DNA of 31,462 nucleotides. Source: a virus (lineage: Duplodnaviria; Heunggongvirae; Uroviricota; Caudoviricetes). Where the stretch lies: IMG/VR virus record IMGVR_UViG_3300029415_000135; one strand, given 5' to 3'. The position numbers were made by a program, and so were the translations under genes. A model generated the notes under the pieces. That model was not told the origin of the DNA. It searched no databases and saw only the letters and a program-made list of their open reading frames with translations. Positions 17,932 to 27,283 of the stretch are shown one piece after another. Position 1 is the stretch's first letter. The number at the start of each line of letters is the position of its first letter.

Positions 17932-18786
17932 TCAGCAGTTCGTCATCAGGGCGTCACCGCCACCACCGGTGGCCTTGCTGCGGCGCTGCTGGGTCAGACT
18001 TTCGGTGTGGTCGAGACTGTTTTTCAGGCGGGTGAATGCCTGGCTGGTTTCATCCGCCCTGTCAGTCACATCCTGCTTAAGTGCGGAAAAAGCGGTTTCC
18101 ATCTCAGCGAGGCGCTGCTCAGTGGCGCTCAGTTTTTCCTGCACATGTTCAGCAACAGCGGTCACCGCTTCATGCACGTCATTCAGACGGGCGTCATCGC
18201 TGGCCTGTTTGCGGCCAAAAATGGACTTCACCTTTTCGGTCAGGGCGGTGAACACGGTTTCAGGCAGGTCTTCAAATTCCAGCTCAACGGGCGTTGCCAC
18301 TGAAATCAGGTTTTCAGGGCTTAATTTGAAGCGGTTCAGGGGGTTGTGTTTTGCCGTGCGGCAGAATTCCAGGTATTCCGTGCCGAGGCTTGCCGGGTCA
18401 TCGGTGACGGCCAGACCCACCAGATAACATTTGCCGGTGTTGGCAAAGTTCGGCTGAATTTCCATTGAGGTGTAGACCTTCTGCGCGGCCTTGTTCATCG
18501 CGATAAGGTCATCGGTCGGGGTGATTTTCGCAAACAGCGCCCATTTGCCTTTCAGCGCCGAATCATCGTCAATCTTTTCGGCCTTCAGTTCGACCACATC
18601 GCCATAACGCTTAAAAATACCGTCAGGCAGGATGCCGCGCAGATGTTCCAGGTTAATGCGGCAACCATAGACTCGCGGGTCAAAGGTTTCGGCCATTTCC
18701 TGAATATCCTGCGCACTGATGACACGCCCGTCACAGGTGTCACCCTCAACGCCGATACGAAAGAATTTTGAGACTTTTTTTGCCAT
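17932..18786 (-). CDS. O: capsid scaffolding protein (gpO), 284 aa
   Basis: From the internal Met (MAKKVSKFF…) the ORF is 284 aa, the P2 O size; ATG at 18784-18786. Confidence 0.85.
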   Translation of the reverse strand: MAKKVSKFFRIGVEGDTCDGRVISAQDIQEMAETFDPRVYGCRINLEHLRGILPDGIFKRYGDVVELKAEKIDDDSALKGKWALFAKITPTDDLIAMNKAAQKVYTSMEIQPNFANTGKCYLVGLAVTDDPASLGTEYLEFCRTAKHNPLNRFKLSPENLISVATPVELEFEDLPETVFTALTEKVKSIFGRKQASDDARLNDVHEAVTAVAEHVQEKLSATEQRLAEMETAFSALKQDVTDRADETSQAFTRLKNSLDHTESLTQQRRSKATGGGGDALMTNC

Positions 18787-18959
18787 TGTCAGGAGTCCTG
18801 AATAGTGATTAGAGGAGTCACATGTCGGCATCAGTTTCCCGACGATGCGCATCCTCCGCCATCAGTCCCGGATGGCTTATCACTGACACAACAGCACCTT
18901 AGCGAATCGCGGGGCGCGACTCAGTAGCCTTGCCGTGTATTCATCACGGCGAGGTATTC
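18787..18959. promoter_or_regulatory. divergent late promoter region (PO leftward, PP rightward), presumed Ogr-dependent
   Basis: 173-bp intergenic region between the divergent O and P late operons; position equivalent to P2 PO/PP. Only imperfect TGT-N12-ACA-like dyads found (for example TGG-N12-ACA near 18866-18883), so individual elements are not resolved. Confidence 0.4.
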
Positions 18960-20732
18960 ATGACCATCACCACAGACACCACTCTTTTACACGACCCGCG
19001 TCGTCAGGCGGCGCTGCTGTACTGGCAGGGATTTTCCGTGCCGCAGATTGCCGCCATGTTGCAGATGAAACGCCCGACGGTGCAGAGCTGGAAACAGCGC
19101 GACGGCTGGGACAGCGTTGCCCCCATCAGCCGTGTCGAAATGAGTCTGGAAGCGCGGCTGACCCAGCTCATCATCAAACCGCAGAAAACCGGCGGTGACT
19201 TCAAGGAAATTGACCTGCTCGGACGCCAGATTGAACGACTGGCACGGGTCAACCGTTACAGTCAGACCGGCAACGAGGCAGACCTTAATCCGAACGTCGC
19301 TAACCGCAACAAAGGCGGGCGTCGCAAACCGAAAAAGAATTTTTTCAGTGACGAGGCCATCGAAAAGCTGGAGCAGATTTTCTTTGAGCAGTCTTTCGAA
19401 TATCAGTTGCACTGGTATCGCGCCGGGCTTGAGCACCGCATCCGCGATATCCTGAAATCCCGCCAGATTGGCGCGACGTTTTATTTTTCCCGCGAGGCGC
19501 TGCTGCGCGCCCTGAAAACCGGTCATAACCAGATTTTTCTGTCGGCCAGTAAAACGCAGGCGTATGTGTTCCGCGAATACATCATCGCCTTTGCCCGTCT
19601 GGTTGACGTTGACCTGACCGGTGACCCGATTGTCCTGGGCAATAACGGCGCAAAACTGATTTTTCTCGGCACCAACTCCAACACCGCACAGAGCCATAAC
19701 GGCGACCTGTACGTCGACGAGATTTTCTGGATCCCGAATTTTCAGGTACTGCGTAAGGTGGCATCAGGTATGGCCTCACAGAGTCACCTGCGCTCGACCT
19801 ATTTCTCCACCCCGTCCACGCTGGCGCACGACGCCTACCCGTTCTGGTCGGGTGAACTGTTTAACCGGGGACGCGCCAGCGCCGCCGAACGCGTGGAAAT
19901 CGACGTCAGTCATAACGCCCTTGCCGGTGGGCTTCTCTGTGCGGACGGCCAGTGGCGGCAGATTGTCACCATTGAGGACGCCCTGAAAGGCGGCTGCACA
20001 TTGTTCGACATTGAGCAGCTTAAACGCGAAAACAGCGCCGACGATTTTAAAAACCTGTTCATGTGTGAATTTGTTGACGACAAGGCATCGGTGTTCCCGT
20101 TCGAGGAGTTGCAACGCTGCATGGTCGACACGCTGGAAGAATGGGAAGACTATGCGCCGTTTGCCGCAAATCCGTTCGGCTCACGTCCGGTATGGATTGG
20201 TTACGACCCGTCACACCGTGGCGACAGCGCCGGATGCGTGGTACTGGCACCGCCGGTGGTGGCCGGTGGCAAATTCAGAATACTTGAGCGTCACCAGTGG
20301 AAAGGCATGGACTTTGCCACCCAGGCGGAATCCATCCGCAAACTCACCGAAAAATACAACGTCGAATACATCGGCATTGATGCCACCGGCCTCGGTGTCG
20401 GCGTGTTCCAGCTCGTGCGCTCGTTCTATCCCGCCGCGCGCGATATCCGCTACACGCCGGAAATGAAAACCGCAATGGTGCTCAAGGCAAAAGACGTTAT
20501 CCGCCGTGGCTGTCTGGAATATGACGTCAGCGCCACCGACATCACCAGCTCGTTTATGGCTATCCGCAAGACCATGACCAGCAGCGGACGCAGTGCCACC
20601 TATGAGGCCAGCCGCAGCGAGGAAGCCAGCCACGCCGACCTCGCCTGGGCGACCATGCACGCCCTGTTAAATGAGCCACTCACCGCCGGTATCAGCACCC
20701 CGCTGACATCCACCATTCTGGAGTTTTACTGA
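18960..20732 (+). CDS. P: terminase large (ATPase) subunit (gpP), 590 aa
   Basis: From ATG 18960 (MTITTDTTLLHDPRRQ…, GAGG SD) the ORF is 590 aa, the P2 P size; the ORF-track start at 18930 is a TTG extension. Confidence 0.9.
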   Translation: MTITTDTTLLHDPRRQAALLYWQGFSVPQIAAMLQMKRPTVQSWKQRDGWDSVAPISRVEMSLEARLTQLIIKPQKTGGDFKEIDLLGRQIERLARVNRYSQTGNEADLNPNVANRNKGGRRKPKKNFFSDEAIEKLEQIFFEQSFEYQLHWYRAGLEHRIRDILKSRQIGATFYFSREALLRALKTGHNQIFLSASKTQAYVFREYIIAFARLVDVDLTGDPIVLGNNGAKLIFLGTNSNTAQSHNGDLYVDEIFWIPNFQVLRKVASGMASQSHLRSTYFSTPSTLAHDAYPFWSGELFNRGRASAAERVEIDVSHNALAGGLLCADGQWRQIVTIEDALKGGCTLFDIEQLKRENSADDFKNLFMCEFVDDKASVFPFEELQRCMVDTLEEWEDYAPFAANPFGSRPVWIGYDPSHRGDSAGCVVLAPPVVAGGKFRILERHQWKGMDFATQAESIRKLTEKYNVEYIGIDATGLGVGVFQLVRSFYPAARDIRYTPEMKTAMVLKAKDVIRRGCLEYDVSATDITSSFMAIRKTMTSSGRSATYEASRSEEASHADLAWATMHALLNEPLTAGISTPLTSTILEFY

Positions 20733-21766
20733 TGAGCAAGAAAAAAGGGAAAACACCGCAACCTGCGGCAAAAAAAATGACCGCCAGCGCCCCGAAAATG
20801 GAGGCATTCACCTTTGGTGAGCCGGTGCCGGTACTCGACCGGCGTGACATTCTGGATTACGTCGAGTGCATCAGTAACGGCAGATGGTATGAGCCACCGG
20901 TCAGCTTTACCGGTCTGGCGAAAAGCCTGCGTGCTGCCGTGCATCACAGCTCACCGATTTACGTCAAACGTAATATTCTGGCTTCAACGTTTATCCCGCA
21001 CCCGTGGCTTTCCCAGCAGGATTTCAGCCGTTTTGTGCTGGATTTTCTGGTGTTCGGTAATGCGTTTCTGGAAAAGCGTTACAGCACCACCGGTAAGGTT
21101 ATCAGGCTGGAAACCTCGCCGGCAAAATATACCCGCCGTGGCGTGGAGGAGGATGTTTACTGGTGGGTGCCGTCCTTCAACGAGCCGACAGCCTTCGCGC
21201 CCGGCTCCGTGTTTCACCTGCTGGAGCCGGATATTAATCAGGAGCTGTACGGTCTGCCGGAATATCTCAGCGCCCTTAATTCTGCCTGGCTGAATGAGTC
21301 GGCCACGCTGTTCCGCCGCAAGTATTACGAAAATGGCGCACATGCCGGATACATCATGTACGTCACTGATGCCGTGCAGGATCGCAACGATATCGAAATG
21401 CTACGCGAAAACATGGTTAAGTCAAAAGGCCGCAATAACTTTAAAAATCTGTTTCTCTATGCCCCACAGGGGAAAGCCGACGGCATTAAAATTATCCCCC
21501 TCAGTGAAGTGGCGACGAAGGACGATTTTTTTAATATCAAAAAAGCCAGCGCCGCTGACCTGCTGGACGCGCACCGCATCCCCTTTCAGTTGATGGGTGG
21601 CAAGCCGGAGAACGTCGGGTCGCTGGGTGATATAGAGAAAGTGGCAAAGGTCTTTGTCCGCAATGAGCTTATCCCGTTACAGGACAGGATCCGCGAGATA
21701 AACGGCTGGCTCGGTCAGGAGGTCATCCGCTTTAAAAACTACTCACTGGACACTGACAACGGCTGA
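20732..21766 (+). CDS. Q: portal (capsid) protein (gpQ), 344 aa
   Basis: 344 aa, size and synteny as P2 Q; overlaps the P stop. Confidence 0.9.
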   Translation: MSKKKGKTPQPAAKKMTASAPKMEAFTFGEPVPVLDRRDILDYVECISNGRWYEPPVSFTGLAKSLRAAVHHSSPIYVKRNILASTFIPHPWLSQQDFSRFVLDFLVFGNAFLEKRYSTTGKVIRLETSPAKYTRRGVEEDVYWWVPSFNEPTAFAPGSVFHLLEPDINQELYGLPEYLSALNSAWLNESATLFRRKYYENGAHAGYIMYVTDAVQDRNDIEMLRENMVKSKGRNNFKNLFLYAPQGKADGIKIIPLSEVATKDDFFNIKKASAADLLDAHRIPFQLMGGKPENVGSLGDIEKVAKVFVRNELIPLQDRIREINGWLGQEVIRFKNYSLDTDNG

Positions 21767-21771
21767 ACATC

Positions 21772-21793
21772 GCCGCCTGTGGGCGGCTTTTTT
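21772..21793 (+). terminator. rho-independent terminator of the P-Q operon
   Basis: GCCGCC-TGTG-GGCGGC stem-loop followed by TTTTTT, 6 nt after the Q stop. Confidence 0.7.
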
Positions 21794-21935
21794 ACACCCC
21801 GCCATCACGCCCTCACACGCTCACCACCGCACAAAACAGCCCGCATACACACCAACGCCCCGGCGAACAATCTAAACGCCATCACAACGCGCTCAGACGC
21901 TGAAAAAATAAAATCAGCACCACCGCCAGCGCGCA

Positions 21936-21954
21936 GTGCTTTCCCCGCCTCGCC
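21936..21954. other. cos site (19-nt cohesive-end sequence of P2-type phages)
   Basis: GTGCTTTCCCCGCCTCGCC is the reverse complement of the recalled P2 cohesive end GGCGAGGCGGGGAAAGCAC; located next to Q as in P2. Confidence 0.8.
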
Positions 21955-22407
21955 TGCCCGCTTTATAGGTCGGGTTTAATGCAGTTGCGTGACCATTTTG
22001 GATCCGCGCCAGCTCTGGCCGCTCACGGCCAGAGCGTGCAAGGCTGACTCATGCAAAACCATGCACCTTATGCATTCATGGTTAAATAACGATAACTCTG
22101 ACTCAAATTATTGGTTTGTGTTGGTTTTATTTTGGTTAAGAGATGCGCATTGCACCAATAATACTGGATAGCAGCTTAATAATCAGCGCTGTTAACAACA
22201 GGATATTTGAAGTCATTACCATGGCATTGACCAAGTTACTAAATCTCGGTGTTAATCAGGGATTGTCAGCGTCATATGTAACATCTCACGATATCCACAT
22301 CAACAGCCTGTAGTTTGGCGGCTGATGGCACTTTGGGAGGCTTTCACTTTCACTCTATCTAATGTTACTATCGCGCCCATTACTAGGAAAATTACTTAAT
22401 CATAACA

Positions 22408-24030
22408 ATGGGTAGTGATATGCAAATTCAAAGAGGCGTAATTTGGCATACATACACAACACAATCGCCAGAATATCAAGATGCCGAGAAATTTAGTTCA
22501 GACTTGATAAATACAGGGTTGTTTCTTGCAATACTAACGCCACACAACACATTCAAATATTTATCAAAAAACACACCATCCTCAACAAAAATAAGCATGA
22601 GATATGAAAACAACGAAAATGCTGTTACTGTTGAGGGCGGTGATAAGATTCATGCGTCAGGTGTTTGCGCCCTAACTGCTACGGCTTTTTCCCAGTGTAT
22701 AAACATTAGACTCTCTGAAAGAAAGCTTTTTCACACACCAGGTAATAATTATTACGAAAACATAATATGTTGTCAAAAGCCAATCCTAGTAAAAAATAAC
22801 GATGTGGAATTTTTTATTCATCCAATTATTCGTCTCTATAAAAATGGGATAGCACATGTTACCTTTGTTGACACTGAGGAACGCAATGTTGATTTGAATG
22901 ATTTCATAAAAAACATTTTAAACCTACCTTTAAAACTAAACAGTTCGATTACTACCAGCATAGAGTTCGCCAAGAGTTCGTTACTGCTAGACTATTCAGG
23001 AATGCCACTACTTAGTAGACTGATAGCGAAGTGTAGTATTAAAAAGAGTTTAAAACTATTGAACGACAACTCTGAAGATCTAGAGGTTGGTGAATTTAAG
23101 GTTACAGGTAGATATATTGATTACACAAATTTAATGCAAATTCAGCATAATTTAAGTGACATCGCCAGATATGTGATTGCTATAATATTTGACAAAACAA
23201 AAAAAAGAACAATTAAAGATTATCTTTTAGGCAGAAATCTTTCTGAGTTTTATAACTTCTGGCAAGGTAAGCCAAGCGTCTATATCTTCGAGCACGATAA
23301 TCAAAAAAACAATGCCACTGACAATTTTCAGAGTAATAAGTCGTTAGTTTATTCATTGCTGGGCAAAAATCACCTATTAACAAACATAAAGCACACCAAG
23401 AAAATCATTGATCATCGTGCCTTTGATGATTTCAATTTTTTTTCTGAACAGTCTTTAGCACTGACTATACTTACATGTAAAGTTAAAAAAGAATTTTTTA
23501 CCGGGACATATACAGAAGAAAATCTGATGTGGGACAATCAGGTTAAGAGTGATCTTAGAGATTTCATTTCCTTTTCATATGATTCAACAATAGAAAAAAT
23601 TGGAAATGAAAAAAGCCATCTTGGCCTTGCCAAAATACAAGAAGACATCCTTTTATTTGAAGAGTGGCTTAGGATTTTCTCAAGGAAGTATGGAGAGATA
23701 CAAGACTTCACATTTAATACATTAAATTCAATCGATATAAAAAGGGCTCGTCAAAGCGTCATTGAATTGATAAAGTCAAGAATCCAAGTGCTAAAATTAA
23801 TTGATACCGACTTAAATGACAAAAGTAATAAGAAGATAACAATGGCCTTTGGTTTAATTGCATCGACATCATTATCCCCAATTTTAGTAAAGCCATTATT
23901 TGAAACACTAAACCTGTCACTTTTAATTAAGAAATCTGGACTCAAAAGCTATGAAGATGCAATTTACTTTGCCACATCCATGGTTTTGGTTTGGTTAATA
24001 ATAAAGCTATTAAACTTCAGGAGAAAATAG
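22408..24030 (+). CDS. hypothetical protein, 540 aa, AT-rich accessory gene at the P2 old/tin position; candidate anti-phage/abortive-infection protein
   Basis: Long intact ORF in a markedly AT-rich block, opposite in strand to the early operon, between cos and A. No Walker A or other motif recognised; two hydrophobic C-terminal segments (ITMAFGLIASTSLSPILV, AIYFATSMVLVWLIIKLL). Confidence 0.8.
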   Translation: MGSDMQIQRGVIWHTYTTQSPEYQDAEKFSSDLINTGLFLAILTPHNTFKYLSKNTPSSTKISMRYENNENAVTVEGGDKIHASGVCALTATAFSQCINIRLSERKLFHTPGNNYYENIICCQKPILVKNNDVEFFIHPIIRLYKNGIAHVTFVDTEERNVDLNDFIKNILNLPLKLNSSITTSIEFAKSSLLLDYSGMPLLSRLIAKCSIKKSLKLLNDNSEDLEVGEFKVTGRYIDYTNLMQIQHNLSDIARYVIAIIFDKTKKRTIKDYLLGRNLSEFYNFWQGKPSVYIFEHDNQKNNATDNFQSNKSLVYSLLGKNHLLTNIKHTKKIIDHRAFDDFNFFSEQSLALTILTCKVKKEFFTGTYTEENLMWDNQVKSDLRDFISFSYDSTIEKIGNEKSHLGLAKIQEDILLFEEWLRIFSRKYGEIQDFTFNTLNSIDIKRARQSVIELIKSRIQVLKLIDTDLNDKSNKKITMAFGLIASTSLSPILVKPLFETLNLSLLIKKSGLKSYEDAIYFATSMVLVWLIIKLLNFRRK

Positions 24031-24183
24031 ACAATGTAATACCTAAATGCCAATACTAATGTAATTACAAAAATCTTGGCTTAAAGTATTAGGATCGTAA
24101 CTTCAACCATAGCTAACGCCTCGCTGGGCGAGTTGTTCAACCCCGCCAGCACTGAAAGCAAGTTTCAGCACCGGCGGCGTTTC

Positions 24184-24420
24184 CTATGGTCGACGTGGCG
24201 GCAGTATTATCGGACCTCTCGCCGGTGTGAAGGCCTCAACTTTCTGATTGCTTATATCATGCAGCCGCCCGTAATTATCCCTGACGATTTCAGCACACCC
24301 GACCAGTTCGGCGGGTGTCAGATTCTCATTGACCATTATTTGTTGCAGTCGATGCACAATACCCATCAGTTTTATGCTGTTGTTCTTATGCTGCGGAATT
24401 TCACGGTGTAGTCTGTGCAT
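24184..24420 (-). CDS. hypothetical protein, 78 aa (distal early-operon ORF)
   Basis: ATG immediately follows the stop of the upstream 101-aa ORF, with GGTGGAGA SD; overlapped by a less convincing TTG-initiated plus-strand ORF. Confidence 0.5.
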   Translation of the reverse strand: MHRLHREIPQHKNNSIKLMGIVHRLQQIMVNENLTPAELVGCAEIVRDNYGRLHDISNQKVEAFTPARGPIILPPRRP

Positions 24421-24726
24421 TTACCAGTCTCCACCTTCAACGTGTAACTTGTCTGAAATGAGCGCCGCTAACTCATGATTTGCTGATGAATTTCTTCCGC
24501 TATGCGTATCCCCCAGAACCAACGCGAAGCCATCGCCACCCACCGTGTAATACTTAGCTTCCGGGAAGTGTTCCCGCACCTCCTGACGCAGCTTTTCTAG
24601 CGCGGTAGAAAGACGATAAAATCGAGATGCCGCAGTCGGCATAACATCAGATAGCAAGTCACGCGCCGTGGTAATGCCTTCGCTATCTTTAATAACTTGT
24701 TTTATTTCTTCGGTGTACATGGTCAT
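24421..24726 (-). CDS. hypothetical protein, 101 aa (occupies the P2 orf91 position downstream of A)
   Basis: ORF directly abutting the A stop, same strand. Confidence 0.6.
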   Translation of the reverse strand: MTMYTEEIKQVIKDSEGITTARDLLSDVMPTAASRFYRLSTALEKLRQEVREHFPEAKYYTVGGDGFALVLGDTHSGRNSSANHELAALISDKLHVEGGDW

Positions 24727-27018
24727 TCAATCAATCTCCATTATTGAAACATTGGAATATCCCGGCCACTCATCAGCGACCGCATAACTGAATTTTTTCT
24801 CGCCATATGTCACCGTTGCGCCCCGCGCCAGTACATCCAGTTCCCACCGCTCCGGCGTGATACCGTGTTGTGCTAGGTCAAACCGGATGCGTGATATCTG
24901 GTCACGCTGCGATTTAGTCAGTCGCGCTGAAGGTGCTAATTCATCCGGCTTCAACGGTGATCGGTTTCTTTGTTGCCTGTTTTGAGGTTTAGCCCCTGCT
25001 TTTAGCGCGCCCCTGAGCACCTTCACGGCGTCCGGGTCATTCCAGTCGATCACCCCAGCATCAATGAGATTTATCACCGCTGCGGCTTGCTCAGACGGTG
25101 TGGGCGTCATATCCGTGTCGCTTCCGTTGGCCGGTAACCCACAGTTATTGACAGGACTCCGAGGCGCGGCGATGCCGCTTTTTAAAGTCAAAGGCTCAAC
25201 GACCGGCACTTTCGGAACAATGCGCCAGTCCGTCGTTCTGGTGATATGAATATGACGCGCGCCGAGATGCGGCGCGTAAATGCCGACCACTCTCTCGACT
25301 TCTTCCTCGTACTCGTTAACTTCATCCGACGGACTACGGGCGACCCTGACAGTCTGACAATCGCGCGGGACATTTGCCCCACCCTGCGCGCTGATATACA
25401 ACGCAAAATCACCACTGTCTGCGGCGGCGCGTGCAGCCTCGACGCGCTCGTCAAACTCATCAGCAATGCTGACGCCGCGCGGCAATTTGCGTAGTTCACG
25501 GTAAGCCCCCATTGTCGGCAGGCCAACCGTTTTAAATTGCGGGATGCGCCACGTTGACGCCCATGCGGTAACAGCCGCTGCAGTGTCTTTCAGCGGCCTG
25601 CCGGTGTCGTTATCGAGCTGACCATCCAGTGCATAGCCGTCGATGTTTTTTGAAATGTATTTCGCGATATATCCCGCAGCACCGCCCCGGTTAAGGTGTT
25701 TTGCCTGAAAACGGTTTCGCGCGGCTCCTCTTTCGTCGCCATCCTCTTTGAGCGCATAGCGACGCATGATTTCGATAATCTGGTTACGCTGGCGTGAATT
25801 ACAAAAAAGCATCATATGCCAGTGCGGCGTTCCGTCGTGGTGTGGCTCGACGACACGCAAACCGTAGACCTGTAAATCATTATCCTTGAATGCCGTGCGC
25901 ATCAGGCTCCAGATACGGCAGAGATAACGCTGCGCATCCTTTGGATTAAATGCCTCATCATTCCAGCCGTGATTTAGCTGGACGGTTTTACTTTCGCCTT
26001 TTCCGACCTGACGTGTCGGGTGATACTTTGACGGCGCGGTCAGAGTGATAAACATCCCCACATCACCCTCTGCGGCGGCGTAACGCTCAATACCGGCGAT
26101 GGTGTTCATCAGCTCCATCCGGCGAATTTCAGGATTAGAAATACTGCCCATCACCTTACTGATAAGGTCGATGCGCTCGCCGGTTTCCCTGTTTTCGAGG
26201 TCACACGATTTAAGAAATTCCAGATTTGCCTGGCGGCGTGCACGCACATCACGAATGGCATGTTTACTGGCATAAGGAGAACGGTCTTTATTGACCTCCC
26301 CGACAGCAATCAGTAACGCCTCATGCCAGCGCATACGCTGGCCTTTAAGCTGATGAGTCCACCACTCATCGTTAAACAGACGGGCAATGGCAGAATATGC
26401 CTGCCTCGTGGTCATCTGTCCTTTACGGTATTTTTTCCAGTAGAGAGGGGAAATATTGAAAGCACGTGCAGCGCCAGCAACATGACCATACAGATGCGCC
26501 TGCGCCTCATCTGTAAACAGCGATTCTTTCTCGCCATGTGCATCAACCCATGCATCGCAGAGTTCCTCATACATCATGAAAAGCTGCGATGAGATACGGG
26601 CGGCAAACTTTTTCAGCTCCTTGTCATTCATCCCCGGCAGACGCGCATAATGGTCACGCTCTGCCAAAAACAGCAACGACGCGTCGGTGTTCATTTCATG
26701 GCGCTGATTCACGCGCTCAATACGCGGCCATAAACGGCGCTGAAAAGTGGATGTGAGGAAATAAAACCCGTGCACCGGGCTTTTATTGCGCCGGATGTAG
26801 TCATAGCGTGAAGTAAACAGCGAGCGCAAAAAGTAAGGCAGGCGATTAATCGTGGATAAAACACCTTGCACCTGACGCATCTCGTCACGTGTAAGGGGTC
26901 TTTCGCGCCCGACGGCCTCGCGTGGCGCGTTCCATGCATAAGCACCGGTAAACGTCTCACCGGTGCCTGCGGCAAATGCTGACGGAGGGACAAAACGCCC
27001 GGAGGCTTTAACGGCCAT
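24727..27018 (-). CDS. A: replication initiation endonuclease (gpA, rolling-circle), about 763 aa
   Basis: Start taken at the Met of MAVKASGRFVPP… by analogy with recalled P2 gpA; strong similarity throughout, including the HWHMMLF motif region. The ORF track extends 14 codons upstream. Confidence 0.88.
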   Translation of the reverse strand: MAVKASGRFVPPSAFAAGTGETFTGAYAWNAPREAVGRERPLTRDEMRQVQGVLSTINRLPYFLRSLFTSRYDYIRRNKSPVHGFYFLTSTFQRRLWPRIERVNQRHEMNTDASLLFLAERDHYARLPGMNDKELKKFAARISSQLFMMYEELCDAWVDAHGEKESLFTDEAQAHLYGHVAGAARAFNISPLYWKKYRKGQMTTRQAYSAIARLFNDEWWTHQLKGQRMRWHEALLIAVGEVNKDRSPYASKHAIRDVRARRQANLEFLKSCDLENRETGERIDLISKVMGSISNPEIRRMELMNTIAGIERYAAAEGDVGMFITLTAPSKYHPTRQVGKGESKTVQLNHGWNDEAFNPKDAQRYLCRIWSLMRTAFKDNDLQVYGLRVVEPHHDGTPHWHMMLFCNSRQRNQIIEIMRRYALKEDGDERGAARNRFQAKHLNRGGAAGYIAKYISKNIDGYALDGQLDNDTGRPLKDTAAAVTAWASTWRIPQFKTVGLPTMGAYRELRKLPRGVSIADEFDERVEAARAAADSGDFALYISAQGGANVPRDCQTVRVARSPSDEVNEYEEEVERVVGIYAPHLGARHIHITRTTDWRIVPKVPVVEPLTLKSGIAAPRSPVNNCGLPANGSDTDMTPTPSEQAAAVINLIDAGVIDWNDPDAVKVLRGALKAGAKPQNRQQRNRSPLKPDELAPSARLTKSQRDQISRIRFDLAQHGITPERWELDVLARGATVTYGEKKFSYAVADEWPGYSNVSIMEID

Positions 27019-27283
27019 ATGAGCCAAAAGCCTCTGAACAACGCTTGCTGAGTTGCTCAACCTGCGCGTTTAAATCAGCAAAAGACTTTGCGCTTCCGGT
27101 CAGAATATCGTGATGCATCAGGCCGGAAACAAGCTGGCTTAATTTCGGGTAATAACCAACCACCGCCAGCCATTCCTGACCGGCGTTTTTACCGCTTTCA
27201 GCTCTCTTTTTCTCGTGGAGAATAAACTGAAAGCTGTCACTGGTAACGACATAACGTTCGCCAATTTCAATACGAATACTCAT
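27008..27283 (-). CDS. hypothetical early protein, 91 aa (P2 orf83 position)
   Basis: ORF coupled to the upstream gene by ATGA overlap; end overlaps the A start. Confidence 0.6.
   Translation of the reverse strand: MSIRIEIGERYVVTSDSFQFILHEKKRAESGKNAGQEWLAVVGYYPKLSQLVSGLMHHDILTGSAKSFADLNAQVEQLSKRCSEAFGSYGR

Noticed and set aside
21779-21979. 66-aa plus-strand ORF spanning the cos site
   Set aside because: Overlaps the cos cohesive-end sequence and the Q terminator, lacks an ATG start or SD, and is Pro/Ala-rich junk translation of GC-rich non-coding DNA.
22408-24030. Possibility that the 540-aa accessory protein is a homologue of P2 Old
   Set aside because: Old is of similar size and occupies this slot in P2, but it has an N-terminal Walker A (GxxxxGKS) ATPase motif; none is present here and the composition differs, so it is called as an unknown.
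24111-24140. Possible bidirectional terminator between the convergent accessory gene and early operon
   Set aside because: Stem is only 5 bp (CTCGC-TGG-GCGAG) with a poor U tract on either strand; too weak to call.
24133-24411. 92-aa plus-strand ORF downstream of the 540-aa gene (possible second gene of the accessory locus)
   Set aside because: It initiates at TTG without a convincing SD, has backbone-like GC rather than the AT-rich cargo composition, and overlaps a minus-strand ORF with a strong SD and stop-start coupling to the early operon. Kept only as an alternative.
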